DNA from: Eledone cirrhosa
Taxonomy: Eukaryota
Direction: 5' to 3'
NCBI GenBank assembly: GCA_964016885.1
Contig: OZ024740.1
Location: 106,082,001-106,146,000, forward strand
DNA length: 64,000 nt
Below the pieces are notes generated by a model, which saw nothing but the letters and a program-made list of their open reading frames with translations, made no database searches and was not told where the DNA came from. Within the stretch, counting starts at the first letter, position 1; each line of letters starts with the position of its first letter. The position numbers and the translations under genes were made by a program. Below, piece by piece: positions 1-14,421 of this stretch.

Positions 1-31
<31 letters not shown>

Positions 32-644
32 CATTTCAGTTGAGTTGGGCCACTATGTCTGCTTGATCTGGATTGTACTAGGTCTAAACAACAATAGCAG
101 CAGCAGTTATGTTTAAGTGTGAACAGCAATTTGATTCATTCAATTGAAAATCTGTTTCCATAACGACTGTTCATATATTTACCCTTATCTCCATAAGTAT
201 TTATACATTGTCATACGTTAGCAAATATTTACACTGAAGGCCTGACGTTGTGCAAGGTTCTCAGACAAAGCACACTGTGGATTAATACAAATTATCCAAT
301 CTTTGGATTTCACTGAAATGTCTGTTGAATTAACAACGCAATAGAATTGATTTTAAACTTGAGACCTTCAGAAGCTTTAGGATATTAAGGACGGCCGTTA
401 AGTGTAGGGTGCGATGAAATGAAGTGAAATAGTTCAAGTAGGAATCGAATCTACGTCGCAAATACGATTTGCTAGGAACTTAGATTAAATAAATTCTACG
501 CCAATCGCATGCCCATAACACAGATACTCATTCAAAGACACAAATATAAAAACTTGTTATCTATTTATGTAACGTGCACGCACGCCTACCTGCTGATGTT
601 GAAATATATGCATGTGTCTACTTCTAGAATATGCACATAGGTAT

Positions 645-1008
<364 letters not shown>

Positions 1009-1151
1009 TTTAGTTTAAATATATACAAAATAGGTTCACTTTCATTTTCCGAATTGAATGGTTAGTATTTATTGTGAATGAATGTGTGTGAGAGAGAGAA
1101 ACAGAGAAAGGGGGAAGATAATGACACACTCATACACGCAGACACAGATAT

Positions 1152-1224
<73 letters not shown>

Positions 1225-1228
<4 letters not shown>

Positions 1229-2213
1229 AATAATGGAGCTGCGGCGTTGCAAATGGGTTACATATAAAAAAGGGGGGGAGTCCTTCATCAGTGACCCTCC
1301 AACCGTCCCAGGCATTTCATCGCTTTAAGGGCCATATACCTCAGGTTGGTGCGAACAACGGCTAAAAAAAGTCGTTGGGGCACGTAAATAAAGAGAACGT
1401 TAGGGTGAACAAACAAAATGGTTTAAGCAACAGAAAGTGAGAGGAAAGAGACAAGTCCCAGATTTCTATGAATATAAACTCGATAAAATCGTGAACTACT
1501 AGAGAATAAAGACCATCGGACCTGGTTGAAATGTGAGTAAGGAAGGAATTTTTCACAGGCCTAACGGGGGGAAGAAGAAGGGGTCTGGTCTGCGAATTCG
1601 GTAAACATAAGTTCTGTGAAGTCGCAGACGAGAGAGAGAAAGAGAAAAAAAAGTCATACCGGCTTGGCCAAGAACGCGCGAGAAAAGAAATCGGACAGGT
1701 CAAGCGGGAAGAAAGAGGAGGAAAGAGGAGGAGGAGGAGAAGTAGTGACAGAGAATGAGTGAGTGAAAGTTGAGGAGGAGGCTAACAGAGAGAGAGACTG
1801 CTAGAAAGGGTAAAGATACAAAGAACGAAACAGACGGGTGGCAGCAGAGGAAAGAATATGTGTAAATATGATAATAATGGAGCTGCGCGTTGCAAATGGG
1901 ATACATATGAAAAAGTAAGACCTGTGCGAAATTCCTTCCTTGCTCACATTTCAACCAGGTTTGATGGTCTTTTGTCTCTTGTTCACGATTTCACCGAGTT
2001 TATATTCATAGACATCTGGGACTTGTCTCTTTCTTCTCACTTTCTGTTGCTTAAACCATTTTGTTTGTTCACCCTAACGTCCCCTTTATTTACGTGTCCC
2101 AACGACTTTTTTTAGCCGTTGTTCGCACCAACCTGAGGTATATGGCCCTTAAAGCGATGAAATGCCTGGGACGGTTGGAGGGTCACTGATGAAGGACTCC
2201 CCCCCCCCTTTTT
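1225..2213. repeat. Inverted duplication of a ~290-bp dispersed repeat embedded in (TA)n; third copy at 61632-61947
   Basis: 1272-1562 is the near reverse complement of 1918-2209; 1225-1270 recurs directly at 1870-1915. Confidence 0.85.
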
Positions 2214-2321
2214 TATATATATATATATATATATAATGGAAATATTTGAACAGGGACAAAACAGAGAGGCAGTACAAATAAATGTTTATTAATTTCAAGC
2301 TCAGGAGAGTGGGGGGTAGGT

Positions 2322-2360
2322 GGGGGACGACGTTTCGGGCATAAGTCCTTCCTCAGGTGA
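2322..2360 (-). ncRNA. Minimal PLE-type hammerhead motif (paralog at 53749-53785)
   Basis: Minus strand CTGAGGA-aggacttatgccc-GAAAC-gtc-GTC; the paralog reads CTGAAGA-agggcttatgccc-GAAACgtcGTC. Stem I is not well formed. Confidence 0.55.
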
Positions 2361-2770
2361 GAAGTGTGTGGGAACAGAGTTCAAAAGGTGTGTAGGGGAG
2401 TGGTGGAGGGACATATAGCGAAAGGAAACGGTGCGAATGAAAAATTAACAAATAAAGATAAAAAATAAAAATAAAGCATGAGCAAAATACAAGGAATGAG
2501 AAAATTTAAAAATAAAGGCATGATCAAAATAAACTGAAATTAAAAGGTGGGTAAACAGGTGGTGGAAGGGTGTGAGGTGAGTAGGGGGGGCGGGTGGAGT
2601 GGGGAGAGGGAGACGGGTGTCCGAGCGGGGAGGGCTGAAGGTGGTGTGTGTGTGTAGGTGTGCGCGTGTGTGTGTGTGTGTATGTGAAAGTAAGGGTTGG
2701 GGGAAGTGTGTGTGTGGGAGGAGGGTTGTGTGTGCGTAGACAGAGATAGAAGGGAAGGGGTATTATACAG

Positions 2771-2803
2771 TTGCTCTACATAATTTTCCAGGATAAAATT
2801 AAA
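2771..2803 (+). CDS. Candidate penultimate host exon (LLYIIFQDKIK, or 12-nt DKIK from the acceptor at 2791)
   Basis: AG acceptors at 2769-2770 and 2790-2791; strong donor AAA|GTAAGT at 2804. No homology recognised. Confidence 0.3.
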
Positions 2804-3035
2804 GTAAGTACTTCACAAACCCTCCTCACACGCTCGTCTGTCATTTCCTGTCCCACTCTTTCTCCTTACATGTCTATATGTATATAGGTCTTAACCTGTT
2901 AGTTCTTTCGTTACTTTGGTATTGTGTGGTTGGGTTTTGCCTACCGCAATGTTCAATTTGTCAAGCTATTTACGTATGTTATTACTCTAAGGACCTAACC
3001 TGATTGAGTGCTTTGCTAACTCATTCCTATTGTAG

Positions 3036-3077
3036 GTCGACTTTGCTTGGCCCCAGCCAAAGCTTCGATTTTACTAA
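3036..3077 (+). CDS. Candidate terminal host exon (VDFAWPQPKLRFY*)
   Basis: CTAAC branch point at 3016-3020, pyrimidine tract, TAG acceptor at 3033-3035; in frame with the upstream candidate exon. Confidence 0.3.
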   Translation, partial: VDFAWPQPKLRFY

Positions 3078-3086
3078 GCTTCCACT

Positions 3087-3128
<42 letters not shown>

Positions 3129-3253
3129 AGTGGAAGCTGAGTTTGAATTATTTTCCCATATCTTACGTTAATTATTTTCCATTTTGACGTTATAGTCACT
3201 TATATATCATGAAATACTGTTGGCTTCTTGCTCACATTAATTTCACTATTTTC

Positions 3254-3342
<89 letters not shown>

Positions 3343-3377
3343 CACACATATATATACATACATATATACATACAAAC

Positions 3378-3486
<109 letters not shown>

Positions 3487-4343
3487 GAAATCACATGAAT
3501 CAAAGTTCTGTTCAAACCATTTATTAGCTTACAATTGTTTCGTCCAAACCGAGATTTTGAGTCTTCGGACCAATTTTTCAATGATTGTTTATATACATGA
3601 CCGCCTTTCCAACACAAGAGACATACAGAAACATGTATATATCGATGCACAGTGGGGTGACATCCATTATAATATTTTAGCATGGCAATTTACATTCAAA
3701 AATTAAAATCATATTAAAAGAAAATTAAAACAAAATTAAAGTCAAAATACAACAAATATATATATAAGAAGAAAGTAAGTCCATAGAATCATTTGATAAA
3801 ATATATACAGTATTTCTCCTCCCAATCAGCATAATCAACCACATAAAATATCAATTAAACGAGACTATAATTTATCCATGATCGGATATTTCCAAAAAGC
3901 GATTGAAACCTCCGAGGGTAGAAACATGATTTTGGTATGTTTATGTTCATTTTTTCTTCTAACTTTGATTTTGTACCTAATTATGTATGGTTAACTATAT
4001 GTCTAGTCAGTTTCTACAGGCTATCACAAATACTAGGTAAATCTTTTGTGGCTGTGGATCGCGGATAAAATAGGTATCATTTATTTATCTATTGTTTCTT
4101 CATAGGTACATTTTAAACTTATAGCCTCGTTTAACTGATTTTTTATGTGGTTGATTATGCTGATTGGGAGAAGAAATACTGTATATATTTTATCAAATGA
4201 TTCTATGGACTTACTTTCTTATATATTGCTCTGATTGTTGATTATTTAATTAATTAATTCGTCATTGCGCCACACCGTGAATGGTTACCAAAAACATATA
4301 TATACATATGGCTCTGTCTAGTTTATGTATATGTAGACCTCTA

Positions 4344-4394
<51 letters not shown>

Positions 4395-4693
4395 TACTAG
4401 TACAGATTAAAGTTTAAGAAAAGAATTTCTGCATTTAACCTATACGGGATCGTCTGAAACTGAGAAAAATGAAACTGTAGACGTAGAAGCAAATATTTCA
4501 AAAACCGTTATGAACAAAGGCAAACAGGAAGACATAACAGTAGTACGTGAAGACATTCTCTTGGATGGCGAAATATATGCAAAGAAAGTTACGTCATTAT
4601 GTGGAACTGGAAGAAATATTTCTTGCCATGAAAAAACATATTTTTGCTATGAAAAACTCAGGAGACTAATATTATTTTTTAGATACAATCCAC

Positions 4694-4884
4694 GGTGGTG
4701 GATTGGCAGTATCGGTAGAGGGTCTGACGCCATGCTTTGCAGCAAAGAGTTACGGCCCTTTATGGTCTGAGTTCAAATTCCGCCGAGGTTAACTTTGCCT
4801 TTCATCCTTACGGGGTCGATAAAATAAAGTACCAGTAATGTACTGGGTAATTGCTGGCCTTGTGCCAATAGTAGAAACAATTAT
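4694..4884 (+). mobile_element. tRNA-derived SINE (Meta-domain-like core)
   Basis: A box TGGCAGTATCGG, B box GAGTTCAAATTCC, core GCCTTTCATCCTTACGGGGTCGATAAAATAAAGTACCAG, ATT tail; about 10 copies in the window. Confidence 0.9.
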
Positions 4885-4940
4885 TTTTTACATACAATCC
4901 TTATCCAACCCTCCTCGGATTTTGGTCTTAGTATTATTAC

Positions 4941-4974
<34 letters not shown>

Positions 4975-5454
4975 CGTGTGTGTGTATAGGTATTAGGTGT
5001 GAATTAATTGCGTCCATAGGCTGTATGCCGAATGAGCCCTTGATGCTCTTGAGGAGCAGAGTTTCAATAATATTAATATATAAGGAAATAAAGAATCAGT
5101 GTTGCATCATATACATATTTAATTATATATTACTTATCTTTCACTGTCGATCAGCTTGAGGAACGATCTATTAATGATTTAACCTGACTCTGGAATCGGA
5201 AGCTCCTCAGATATGTATTAACATTCTTGATTGAACCCTGAGCTGATCGATATCGAAACAATTATATGCCAATAAACTTCTATTTGCACTCTGCGCACTA
5301 CAGCCGCCTTACCTCTGGAATATAACAGCATTGAATGCTTATAGCTGCAGTTACACACCTAACATATATATTTATATATGAAAAAGTTAAACCCCGGCGG
5401 CAGAGCTCAAGCCGTTTCGACGGCTATTTCATATATATATATATGTGTGTGTGT

Positions 5455-5650
5455 TTATCCCTGGTTCAATCGGGGATAACCACAGTAAGTAAGGTACCCC
5501 AATACATAGCAGAGTATAAATATTTAATATATAAATGGCTTCTACAGGACTAGAACTGTTTCATTCGGGAGAAATCATCAGGGCTTTCCAGATGATTTCG
5601 CCCGAATGAAACAGTTCTATTCCTGTGGAAGCCATTTCTATATTTTATAT
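5455..5650. mobile_element. Non-coding hammerhead-bearing module with an inverted pair of cores (family also at 10141-10295, 15355-15527, 19580-19665)
   Basis: 5536-5582 and 5588-5640 are inverted copies of C(T/A)GATGA...GAAACAGTTCTA(G/T)TCCTGT(A/G); flanked by microsatellites. Confidence 0.75.
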
Positions 5651-6494
5651 ATATATATATATGTATATGTATACACACACACACACCGTAGGATGCATAC
5701 TGCTTGAACATTTCACAGTAAATTTGTTAAGTTTTGAGATGAAAACAAACAATTTCTAAAGGATTAAGCCTTGTCAAGAAAGGCAGCTAGAAGAAAAGAC
5801 GTTGATTGAATAATGTGGGGAATTGTCAGAGCCGTTATAGCATTAGATTAAATGTCTACGTGATATAGCAATGGCTCTAAGCACCCGGGTGCAGAGACAC
5901 TTTCGTATCCTCCAACTTAATTAATGGGCATGGTAGACCAGAGCAAATTTGGTACACATCTATATCTGTATTTGCACCGTGGTTGTTATGCTTCTGCCTC
6001 TGTGTAGTTCTATAATATATAGTGGAGATATGCTCTGCTTATACTAACATATTGTCTGTGGTTATGCCCAGAGTTTCAGCTATGTTCTCAGAGATATCTG
6101 TCAACGCCTAAAGAAATTGCCATATATAGGAGGAGGGACGTACGCGTGAAACATTTTATATTATGTATATATGAATATAAACATTCATATATATTATAGA
6201 TATAGATATAGGAATATAGATAAAGATTTATCTATATTCTATTTAATATGTATTTATATCTACTTTGTGTTTGTGCACTTGTTTTTGTATACACACCATG
6301 TTTCGTTTTTACTATTGTTTTTATTACAAAACACAATGGCTAGCTTTTTTCAATATGAATACGGAAACAAAGAATCTTCTTCTTCTTCTTCTTCTTCTTC
6401 TTCTTCTTTTCCGCCCACTTAATCCTGTGAGGGTCGTGGTGGCAGTGTCCTCAACCACTCCCTCCAGCGGGTCCTGCCAGAAGCAACATTACCA

Positions 6495-7325
6495 TTGCAT
6501 TATAATAAATGTTCGGTGAATCCATACGTACATATATATATATATGTGTGCATGTATGTATATATATATACATACTACTGTACGTCTGTATACATATATG
6601 TATGTACGTGTACATACTTATATTTAAGTAACAGCCGTACTAAGAGTGGGAAATGAAATTTTGTTTCATTTTTTCCGTTTATCTTTTTCGGTGCACCCGG
6701 CCGATTAACCCACTCGATATGCAAATAGGGCTAATCAGCCGTTAATATGCATAAGGTAAGTATATACGTTCGACAATCTGGCAGGAAGTATACGTTGCTG
6801 ACGATAGCTAATAAGCTTGAAACTAGTACAGCGTTCCTTTGTCAGTGTTGAACAAATGAGCAACGATGGTTGCTAGACACTACGGCTTAATACGAGATGT
6901 TTGTTTACAAACACACCAAGCATTATAATAAATGTTCGGTGAATCCATACGTATGGGTTTACCGAACATTTATTATAATGTTCGGTTATTTTGTAAACAA
7001 ACAGCCCGAATTACGCCGTACAGTGTTCGGCAACCAAACGTTCAATCATCTGACAGGAAGGTATACGATGCTGACGATAACTAATAAGCTTGAAACTAGT
7101 TCATCGTTCCTGTGTCAGTGTTGAACAAAAGGGCAACGATGGTTGCCGAACACTGTACGGTGTAATTTGGGCTGTTTGTTTACAAAAAAAAACCGAACAT
7201 TATAATAAATGTTCGGTAAACCCATACGTACATATATATATGTGTGCATGTATGTGTATATATACATACTAGTGTACGTCTGTATGCATATATCTATGTA
7301 CGTATACATACTTATATTTAAGTAT
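6495..7325 (-). repeat. Rearranged dispersed copies of the 470-bp repeat family
   Basis: Shares CTAAGAGTG.GAAATGAAATT, ATGCAAAT, GAAACTAGT and AGTGTTGAACAAA blocks with the 35.8-37.8 kb array. Confidence 0.85.
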
Positions 7326-8074
7326 CAACCGTTCTATGAAAGGATTAAAATTAAGAGTACATGAAAAATATAATGAAAAGAATATGTAAACTATAGAAGT
7401 GGAAGGAAAAAATAGAGAGGCAGAGTGAGAAAGAAAGCGGGAAAGATATTAAAAAAGGTAAATAGAGAGAAAGCGAATCGTAGGATAGTATACAGAGGGG
7501 GGGTGCACAAGAAGCAATTAGCGCCTCAGCATATACATCACCTCCTGTGGCGAAATAAAATTAATGTGAAATAATTCGTGAAAATGGAATCGTGATAAGA
7601 AAGTAGAACGTGAGATATATATTAAGAACTCAAGGCCAGATATATCTGATCCACTGTTATAGTTGTGTATTTCATTTTATAGAGTATTTTGTATAAGGTA
7701 TTTATATGTTGAAAGTATATTCAAAACATATACGCACATCACGTTCCGAGCCCCTATATATATCTATCATATAAGCTCCACTACCAGTAATTCACTGTAA
7801 CGATTACACAATATATATGTATGTGTGTATGTAACTACATACATGTATACACATAAATGCACACACACATGTATAAGTATGAATGTATGGGAGTGTAGGC
7901 ATATATTTTCATTAGTTTTTAGTTTCTTTTATCAGTAAATAGACTCACTCACCTGAATTTGGCCAAGTGTAGTGAGTAAGGTTACACCTTTGACATGACC
8001 AAAAGCAAATAAAAAGTGATGGAGGTCAATCAAGGAGGGGTTCGTCAAATAGGAGTGAGAAAGCCATGGATTGG

Positions 8075-8178
<104 letters not shown>

Positions 8179-9237
8179 GCGCGCGCGCGTGTATCTATAT
8201 AGAGTGTATCAAAAAGAAACATCCGATTTCAAAAGACTATATGTTTGACACAAATGACCATATATCGTGCGGTAACTTGACCAATACATGTTTGAATATA
8301 AAGTGTTATTGTCTTTTTATAACTTTTGGAAATTTGTATAATGTTATTTACAATTTTACATACCTTTTAGTATGCTTTAAGATGATGATTTTTTTTATTC
8401 TTCCTGTAGATATTCCTCAATATAAATTGACTGATATCCATTTTAAGATATATAAATTGGAAATCTATCAAAACCAAGAGATCAATAAATAGATATTTTA
8501 TACATGAATACGTAATTAGGTATCTATAGCAACTGCCGTGTGCAACATACTTTTAACTGTTCAAGAATGTCAACTGAATTCGTCTCTTCCTCTTCTGTAA
8601 CGCTCTCTTTTAGACTTCTGTGAATCTATGTATCTCTCTATTTATCTAAATCCACCGATATATATATATATATATATTTCCTCCTAATAGATTTTTATGC
8701 CAATTCTACTATTAATACCATTCAACCATTCCTTTTAAAGGGTCATGACCTCAACTAAAGTGTATTACTTTTCATCTTAACACCATATGAAAAAAAAAAT
8801 TTGATTGGTTAGTTCTTCAACTACCCCCAAACAAGGAGATGATACTAACATACTACTAATTCTGAATAAAATTATTATTGCTTTTGAAAACAGCCGGTGA
8901 TATGCATGTAAGTAAATATTCTCTTTATCTGATATTTTGTAACTAACCTTACACAGATCAATAACGGAGTATAGCTACAATGTATTATCATCACCTAGAA
9001 ACGATCGCAAAGCAGTGAAGTACATCTCTAATGACTTGATTTTTTTATTTCATTGTTTTAACTTATACCATGACTCTGTTTTCCTTTTAATGTTTTATTG
9101 TTTTCCGGGATTTATCTTAACCTACAACATTTTCAACATATGGATTACATTGAGTTCTTCATGCAGAATAGACCCCACAACTTACCGTGGATATCTCTGT
9201 GTATATATATATGTATATATATATATATGCATATATG

Positions 9238-9282
<45 letters not shown>

Positions 9283-9452
9283 CCACTTCATGCAGGTTTT
9301 AGTTTTATCAGAGAGGACATGGAGGTTGAGGGATCTTTTCATTTTCTGTAGAGGTGTTTTAGCTCTACGGAAATTAAAGTTCCTAATCACTCTGAAAACT
9401 CATTCTTCAAACGGTTTATGTAGGCTGTTGCTTTATATATATATATATATAT

Positions 9453-9536
9453 GTTACGCACGTTTCGCAGAGGATTGGTTCGCGGTTACCTATAGTGCTC
9501 ATGGACCCGACTCCAGTATCGATCTGCTCGTCAGAC
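9453..9536 (-). ncRNA. Hammerhead motif with extended stem II; stem I cut off by (TA)n
   Basis: CTGACGA-gcaga...tctgc-GAAAC-gtgc-GTA; 5-bp stem II closing. Confidence 0.65.
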
Positions 9537-9996
9537 TGGTGATGACAAAACATCTATTTTCATGTGTAAATGAAACTTCCTCGTTTTTTTCTATTATATA
9601 CACTCTGCCTGTGCATAGAGTGGTTGATTTGGTACCAATACCAGTAATTCACTGTACTACCCACACACTATGTATATATTCAAATGTGTGGGTGGGGGTG
9701 TATGTGTGTGTGCGTGTGTGTGTGTGCGTGTGTGCGCACATACATACACACAGAATATATATATGTATTATATATATATGTGTATGTGTGTGTGTTTATG
9801 TAAGAAAAGAAAGAGATGACATGAAAACGAACAGAAACAAAGCAAAACGAACACATTTTTTAAAGGGAAAACCTTAAAAAATTATTTAAAAAAAATAAAA
9901 ATACAATCGAAGGACACAGAACTCCATGGTCATCGGCCGTTGAGATGAACTTTGGCAGTTTCGAACCCTAACCACGGCGCACAGCGTCTGACATAA

Positions 9997-10143
<147 letters not shown>

Positions 10144-10854
10144 AGTCCCGGGTTCAATCGGGGGTAACCACAGTAAGTAAAATACTCAATACATTAATAG
10201 AGTGTAAAATATCAAATTTTATATAGAAATGGCTTCTACAGGACTAGAACAGTGTCTTTCAAATGAAACAGTAGAAGCCATTTCTATATAAACTTTGATA
10301 CACACACACACATATATATTTAAGCATATGCTCATCTTATTCGCAATTGTATTATACCTTTGTATGTGCATATATGTAAGCATGTACGATGGTATATGTT
10401 GTTGGTGTAGTGGTGTTTATATATCGTTCTCCATACTCCATTAGTTAAGCTTATGTAAATTTACAGATCATTGAAAATGTATGTTTTAAAAGAATTAGGT
10501 AAGTGTCTTCGATACTAGATTTACTACACCTATTTATGTATTAAATTTAGCATTGAATTTTTTTTTATTGCAATTTCAATTCACTGATATCACAGTATTT
10601 ATGGGGGTTTTTTGCGGGGGTTTTTTTTTTTGTGTACTTTGGTTTTATTTGTATTTTTTGGCGGGCTTTTGTTTTTGTTTCGGTTTTTTGTTGAGAGAGA
10701 GGAAGAAATAACATTGGCTACTCCCATGATTTGTGGTCTCCCTGGTCTCAGTACCGTAGGCTTTCTCTCTCTCTCTCTTACTCTCCCCTTCTCTTCCTCT
10801 CTCTCTCTATATATATATAATATTTATATATACGTATATATATATAGACGGAAA

Positions 10855-11254
10855 AAATGAAACGAAATTTCATTTCTCACTCTTAGTACGGCTGTTACTT
10901 AAATATAAGTATGTACACGTACATACATATAGATATACAGAGGTACAGTAGTATGTATATATATATACATACATGCGCACATATATATATGTACGTATGT
11001 ATTTACCGAGCATTTATTATAATTCTCGGTTTGTTTGTAAACAAACATCCCGGATTAAGCCGTACAGTGTTCGGCAATCATCGTTGCCCTTTTGTTCAAA
11101 ATTGACAAAGGAACGATGTACTAGTTTCAAGCTTATAAGCTGTACTAAGAGTGAGAAATGAAATTTCGTTTCATTTTTTCCGTTTATCGTTGTCGGTGCG
11201 CCCGGCCGATTAACTCACTCGATATGCAAATTAGGCTGCTATACATATATACAT

Positions 11255-11329
<75 letters not shown>

Positions 11330-11516
11330 TATATTTCTGAAGACAGCATATATCTGTGTAGGTATGTATATTCCCTCTGATAGTTTGTAAAAATTTTACA
11401 TAGATCTATATGATATACATACCAACACACACATATATATCCTAGAAACGATCGTAAAATGATGAATTTTTTAATATAAAGAACTGTTTCTTTGTTTTTA
11501 TTCATTATTTTTATTA

Positions 11517-11586
<70 letters not shown>

Positions 11587-12530
11587 GTAAGTAAGTATGT
11601 ATACGTACATACATATATGTATACAGACGTACAGTAGCATGCACATATATATATATTTATATATATATATATACATATATACATACATATGCATACAGGT
11701 ACACATACATATATGCACGTATCAGTTTAGCGGCGCTTATTATAACGTCGCTTTGTTCGTTTGTAAACAAACTGAACAGCCAGAATTTATAAAAAGGTGA
11801 CGTGGTTGCCTTAACACCGTATGGCATAAATTCAGGCTGTTCAGTTTGTTTACAAACGAACAAAGCGACGTTATAATAAGCGCCGCTGAACTGATACGTG
11901 CATATATGTATGTGTACCTGTATGCATATGTATGTATATATGTATATATATATATATATGTGCATGCTACTGTACGTCTGTATACATATATGTATGTACG
12001 TATACATGCGTACTTACATTTAAGTAAGTGCCATACTAAGAGTGAGAAATGAAATTTCGTTTTCATTTTGTTTCAATTTATCGTTTTCGGTATGCCTGAC
12101 CGATTTAACTCACTCAATATGCAAATTAGGCTTCTCAGCCGTTAATTTTCATAAGGAAAGTATATACTTTCGAACGTTCAACTATCTGGCAGATGGGTAA
12201 ACGGTGCTGATGATAGCTAACAAGCTTGAAACTAGTACATCGTTCCTGTGTCAGTGTTGAACAAAAAGGTGACGTGGTTGCCTTAACACCGTATGGCATA
12301 AATTCAGGCTGTTCAGTTTGTTTACAAACGAACAAAGCGACGTTATAATAAGCGCCGCTAAACTGATACGTGCATATATGTATGTGTACCTGTATGCATA
12401 TGTATGTATATATGTATATATATATATATGTGCATGCTACTGTACGTCTGTATACATATATGTATGTACGTATACAAGTGCCATACTAAGTGTGAGAAAT
12501 GAAATTTCGTTTTCATTTTGTTTCAATTTA
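10855..12530. repeat. Partial, inverted and tandem copies of the 470-bp repeat family
   Basis: 11795-12530 is nearly the reverse complement of the 35.8-37.8 kb unit; 11585-11788 is in the opposite orientation. Confidence 0.9.
11333..11460 (+). ncRNA. Hammerhead motif with a long stem II insertion
   Basis: attt-CTGAAGA...GAAAC-gatc-GTA-aaat; palindromic stem III ACGATCGT. Confidence 0.55.
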
Positions 12531-13655
12531 TATATATATATATAAAAGAATATTGAAGTTTGCTTGAAGTATTGTGGAATAATAAAAAAATTGGGGGGGG
12601 GGGGGGCATTTTGTAAGCCTCAACAATGCAGATGGGTAAATCTCCGGGTAACAGAATCCGGTGGTGAAGAGAGAGATGTAAAGGAATGTAGAATGAGATG
12701 TATAGTGTGTAGAGGAACGTAGGAAAGAGCGTAAAATATAAAAATAATAACACGAGATAGAGTTAACTTGGGTGAGATTTAATCGTCCTATATTTCGGAT
12801 TTGCATCCATCAATGTGGGGTTTTCCGGGAGGGGGGAAGTTATCTGTCGGAGAGGAACGGTACGTGGCTTCTGTTGTCCGCTGTTTGTGTGTAATTGAGG
12901 TATTCTGTAGAGCGCACGTGCGCGCGGAATAGGTGCGGTCAAGCAAAGGTCAAAGCAGCTCCTTTTTATTGTGGGAGTGGGATGGTGTTAGTTGTACTAC
13001 CTATATGTACTGGTCTTTGGTATTAGCAATGTAGTAGTCTGTCTGGTCGCTTGTTGGTCGGAGGATGGTCGGGGCGCTAAACACAATAACAATCGTTCGA
13101 ATGCCACTGAGTGTGTGCGTGTGTTATTGTCTCGTTTGTTTACACCAGCCACCTCGTCTCGCTTCTCTCGGATCGGTTATTTATTTGTGGTCCTAGGCGT
13201 TTGATCTAAAGTGCTTCCTTGATTCGTAGCGTGCAGACGTTGCGTTCTGTCGCTAGCACTGTGACTATGGGCCTTCCTTTTTTGTTTCCGCATTTGGTTA
13301 TGTGTTTCCGGAAAGACGAGGCCCTGGTGTTGATGCGCTCCTTGATCCGGATATGTAGCGGCCGGATTGTGCTACCGATATAGTAGTGGTTGCACTTGTC
13401 ACATTCTACCTTGTATACAACGTATGTGCGTAAGAAACAGTTCGTATGGCGCATCGGACAGATTCTGAGGGAACACACGTCAGTCGATTTCCCGAGTTTC
13501 CTGGAGAGGCATCTGCGTAGAGAGGGGCCCGAGTTGGCCAGGTGGATGTCGAGGCCCTCTCTCCTTATAGCCCTACGGATAGCGTTGGTGGTTTTCTCGC
13601 CCAGGTGTGGGATTTTAAGGAAACACTTGCGCGCGGAATAGGTGCGGTCAAGCAA
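12530..13655 (-). mobile_element. Penelope-like element 3' fragment (GIY-YIG endonuclease plus 3' region)
   Basis: ORF 13206-13655 has VVYKVECDKC..YYIGST.RPLHIRIKE; paralogous to 31631-32060; 12700-12880 matches 33190-33350 inverted. Confidence 0.85.
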
Positions 13656-14233
13656 AGGTCAATATATATATATATATATACACACACATACACACACATA
13701 TGTATGATATGCCACAAATGAAACTTCGTCGTTTTCTCTTATTATATACACCTGATTTCAAATCCCACCGAGGTTTTCTTTGCCTTTCATCCTTACGGGG
13801 TTGATAAAATAACGCACCATTAATGCACTGGGTAATTACTGGCCTTGTTCTAAAAGTAGAAGCAATTATATACACCAGATATATGAAACTATTCAACAGA
13901 CATAACATTAAAATCAGTTATATCTCTACTGCTAATATGAAGAATATAGAATCCGATAAACTCACCATATTCAGTGATAACACATTATTATTTAAAATCA
14001 ACATCAATAATGACTGAGGGGTGACTAAGTTAATCATCAGAAAACACATTAAAATCGTTTATAGAAAAACGTGGACAGAAGAGATTAAATCCATCTCCCT
14101 TTACGTAAATATCATAATTGAAATAATACTATTCTCTTAAACAAATGTAGATTTATTCTTCTCGGTATTTTTTATTTTCTTTCTCCTTCTTTCCCTTCCC
14201 CTGATTCCTTTTTCTCTCCGATAAAGGACAAAT

Positions 14234-14421
14234 AATTGTTTCTACTTTAGGCACAAGGCCAGCAATTACTCACTGCATTACTGGCACTTTATTTTATCGA
14301 TCCCGTAAGGATGAAAGGCAAAGTCAACCTCGGCGGGATTTGAACTCAGATCGTAAAGGGAACTAACTATGCTGGAAAGCATGGCGTCCGACCCTCTACC
14401 GATACTGCCAATCCACCGCCC
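14234..14421 (-). mobile_element. tRNA-derived SINE with 15-bp target-site duplication
   Basis: Same family as 4694; TAAAGGACAAATAAT at 14222-14236 and 14424-14438. Confidence 0.9.

Noticed and set aside
3525-3585. Hammerhead-like halves (also ~5265, 39279-39355, ~48000, ~49510)
   Set aside because: The 5' core or stem I is missing or mutated; not counted.
4694-4790. tRNA gene
   Set aside because: A/B boxes belong to a multi-copy SINE head; no complete cloverleaf.
13870-13950. YMKLFNRHNIKISY fragment
   Set aside because: Likely a tiny Naiad thumb remnant, too short to delimit as a feature.
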